Positions 63,832 to 64,000 of a stretch of 64,000 nt of DNA are shown one piece after another (position 1 is the stretch's first letter; each line of letters starts with the position of its first letter). The notes under the pieces were generated by a model. The model worked only from the letters and a program-made list of their open reading frames with translations, had not been told where the DNA came from and did not search any database. Source of the DNA: Spongospora subterranea f. sp. subterranea (Eukaryota). The DNA is taken from NCBI GenBank assembly GCA_049724395.1, contig JAUGWO010000033.1, forward strand, positions 1 to 64,000, given 5' to 3'. Both the position numbers and the translations under genes were made by a program.

Positions 63832-64000
63832 CGAAACATGAAAAATTGCCGATGGCGTAATAACCGGATGCAGTTACGATCTATTGGGGACAAGGATTGG
63901 TGGCGCGGACACCGGAACGACTGCGGCCTCTGCATCATGCCAGCACCAAATAAGAGACGACATGGATCTTGAGTTCTAGCATTCGTGCGCCATTGCGTTG

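Overview
Eukaryotic, intron-rich protist DNA with short GT-AG introns of mostly ~45-70 nt. A phytomyxid/SAR parasite is my guess from gene content only and is unconfirmed. Bases 1-11,500 are a graveyard of nested, decayed transposons: three Ty3/Gypsy remnants, a Copia remnant, a pogo DDE remnant and minisatellites. The gene-dense block that follows holds two convergent SKP1 paralogues, an SCP/NIF phosphatase, a class I myosin with SH3 and WW domains, Hikeshi, NUS1, a secreted coiled-coil/SUEL-lectin protein, PFK, tRNA-Lys(CTT), a prolyl 4-hydroxylase, a degenerate chitin-synthase-like gene, a TBC GAP and CstF77. Bases 47,800-58,600 are a rearranged block: Harbinger and mariner remnants, a 2.9-kb near-tandem duplication of a secreted repeat-protein gene, an inverted copy of the CstF77 3' end, and a MITE. 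The window ends with PGAP4-like, cold-shock, CUB-like membrane and RabGGT-beta genes. Top observations: a Tf1-type self-priming signature on a Gypsy element, at least six independent fold-back inverted repeats, a trichocyst-matrix-like lectin fusion, a possible pseudo-chitin synthase, and duplicated effector-like genes with complementary frameshifts. All calls come from reading the sequence and recalling motifs; no searches were run, and exon boundaries are manual estimates.
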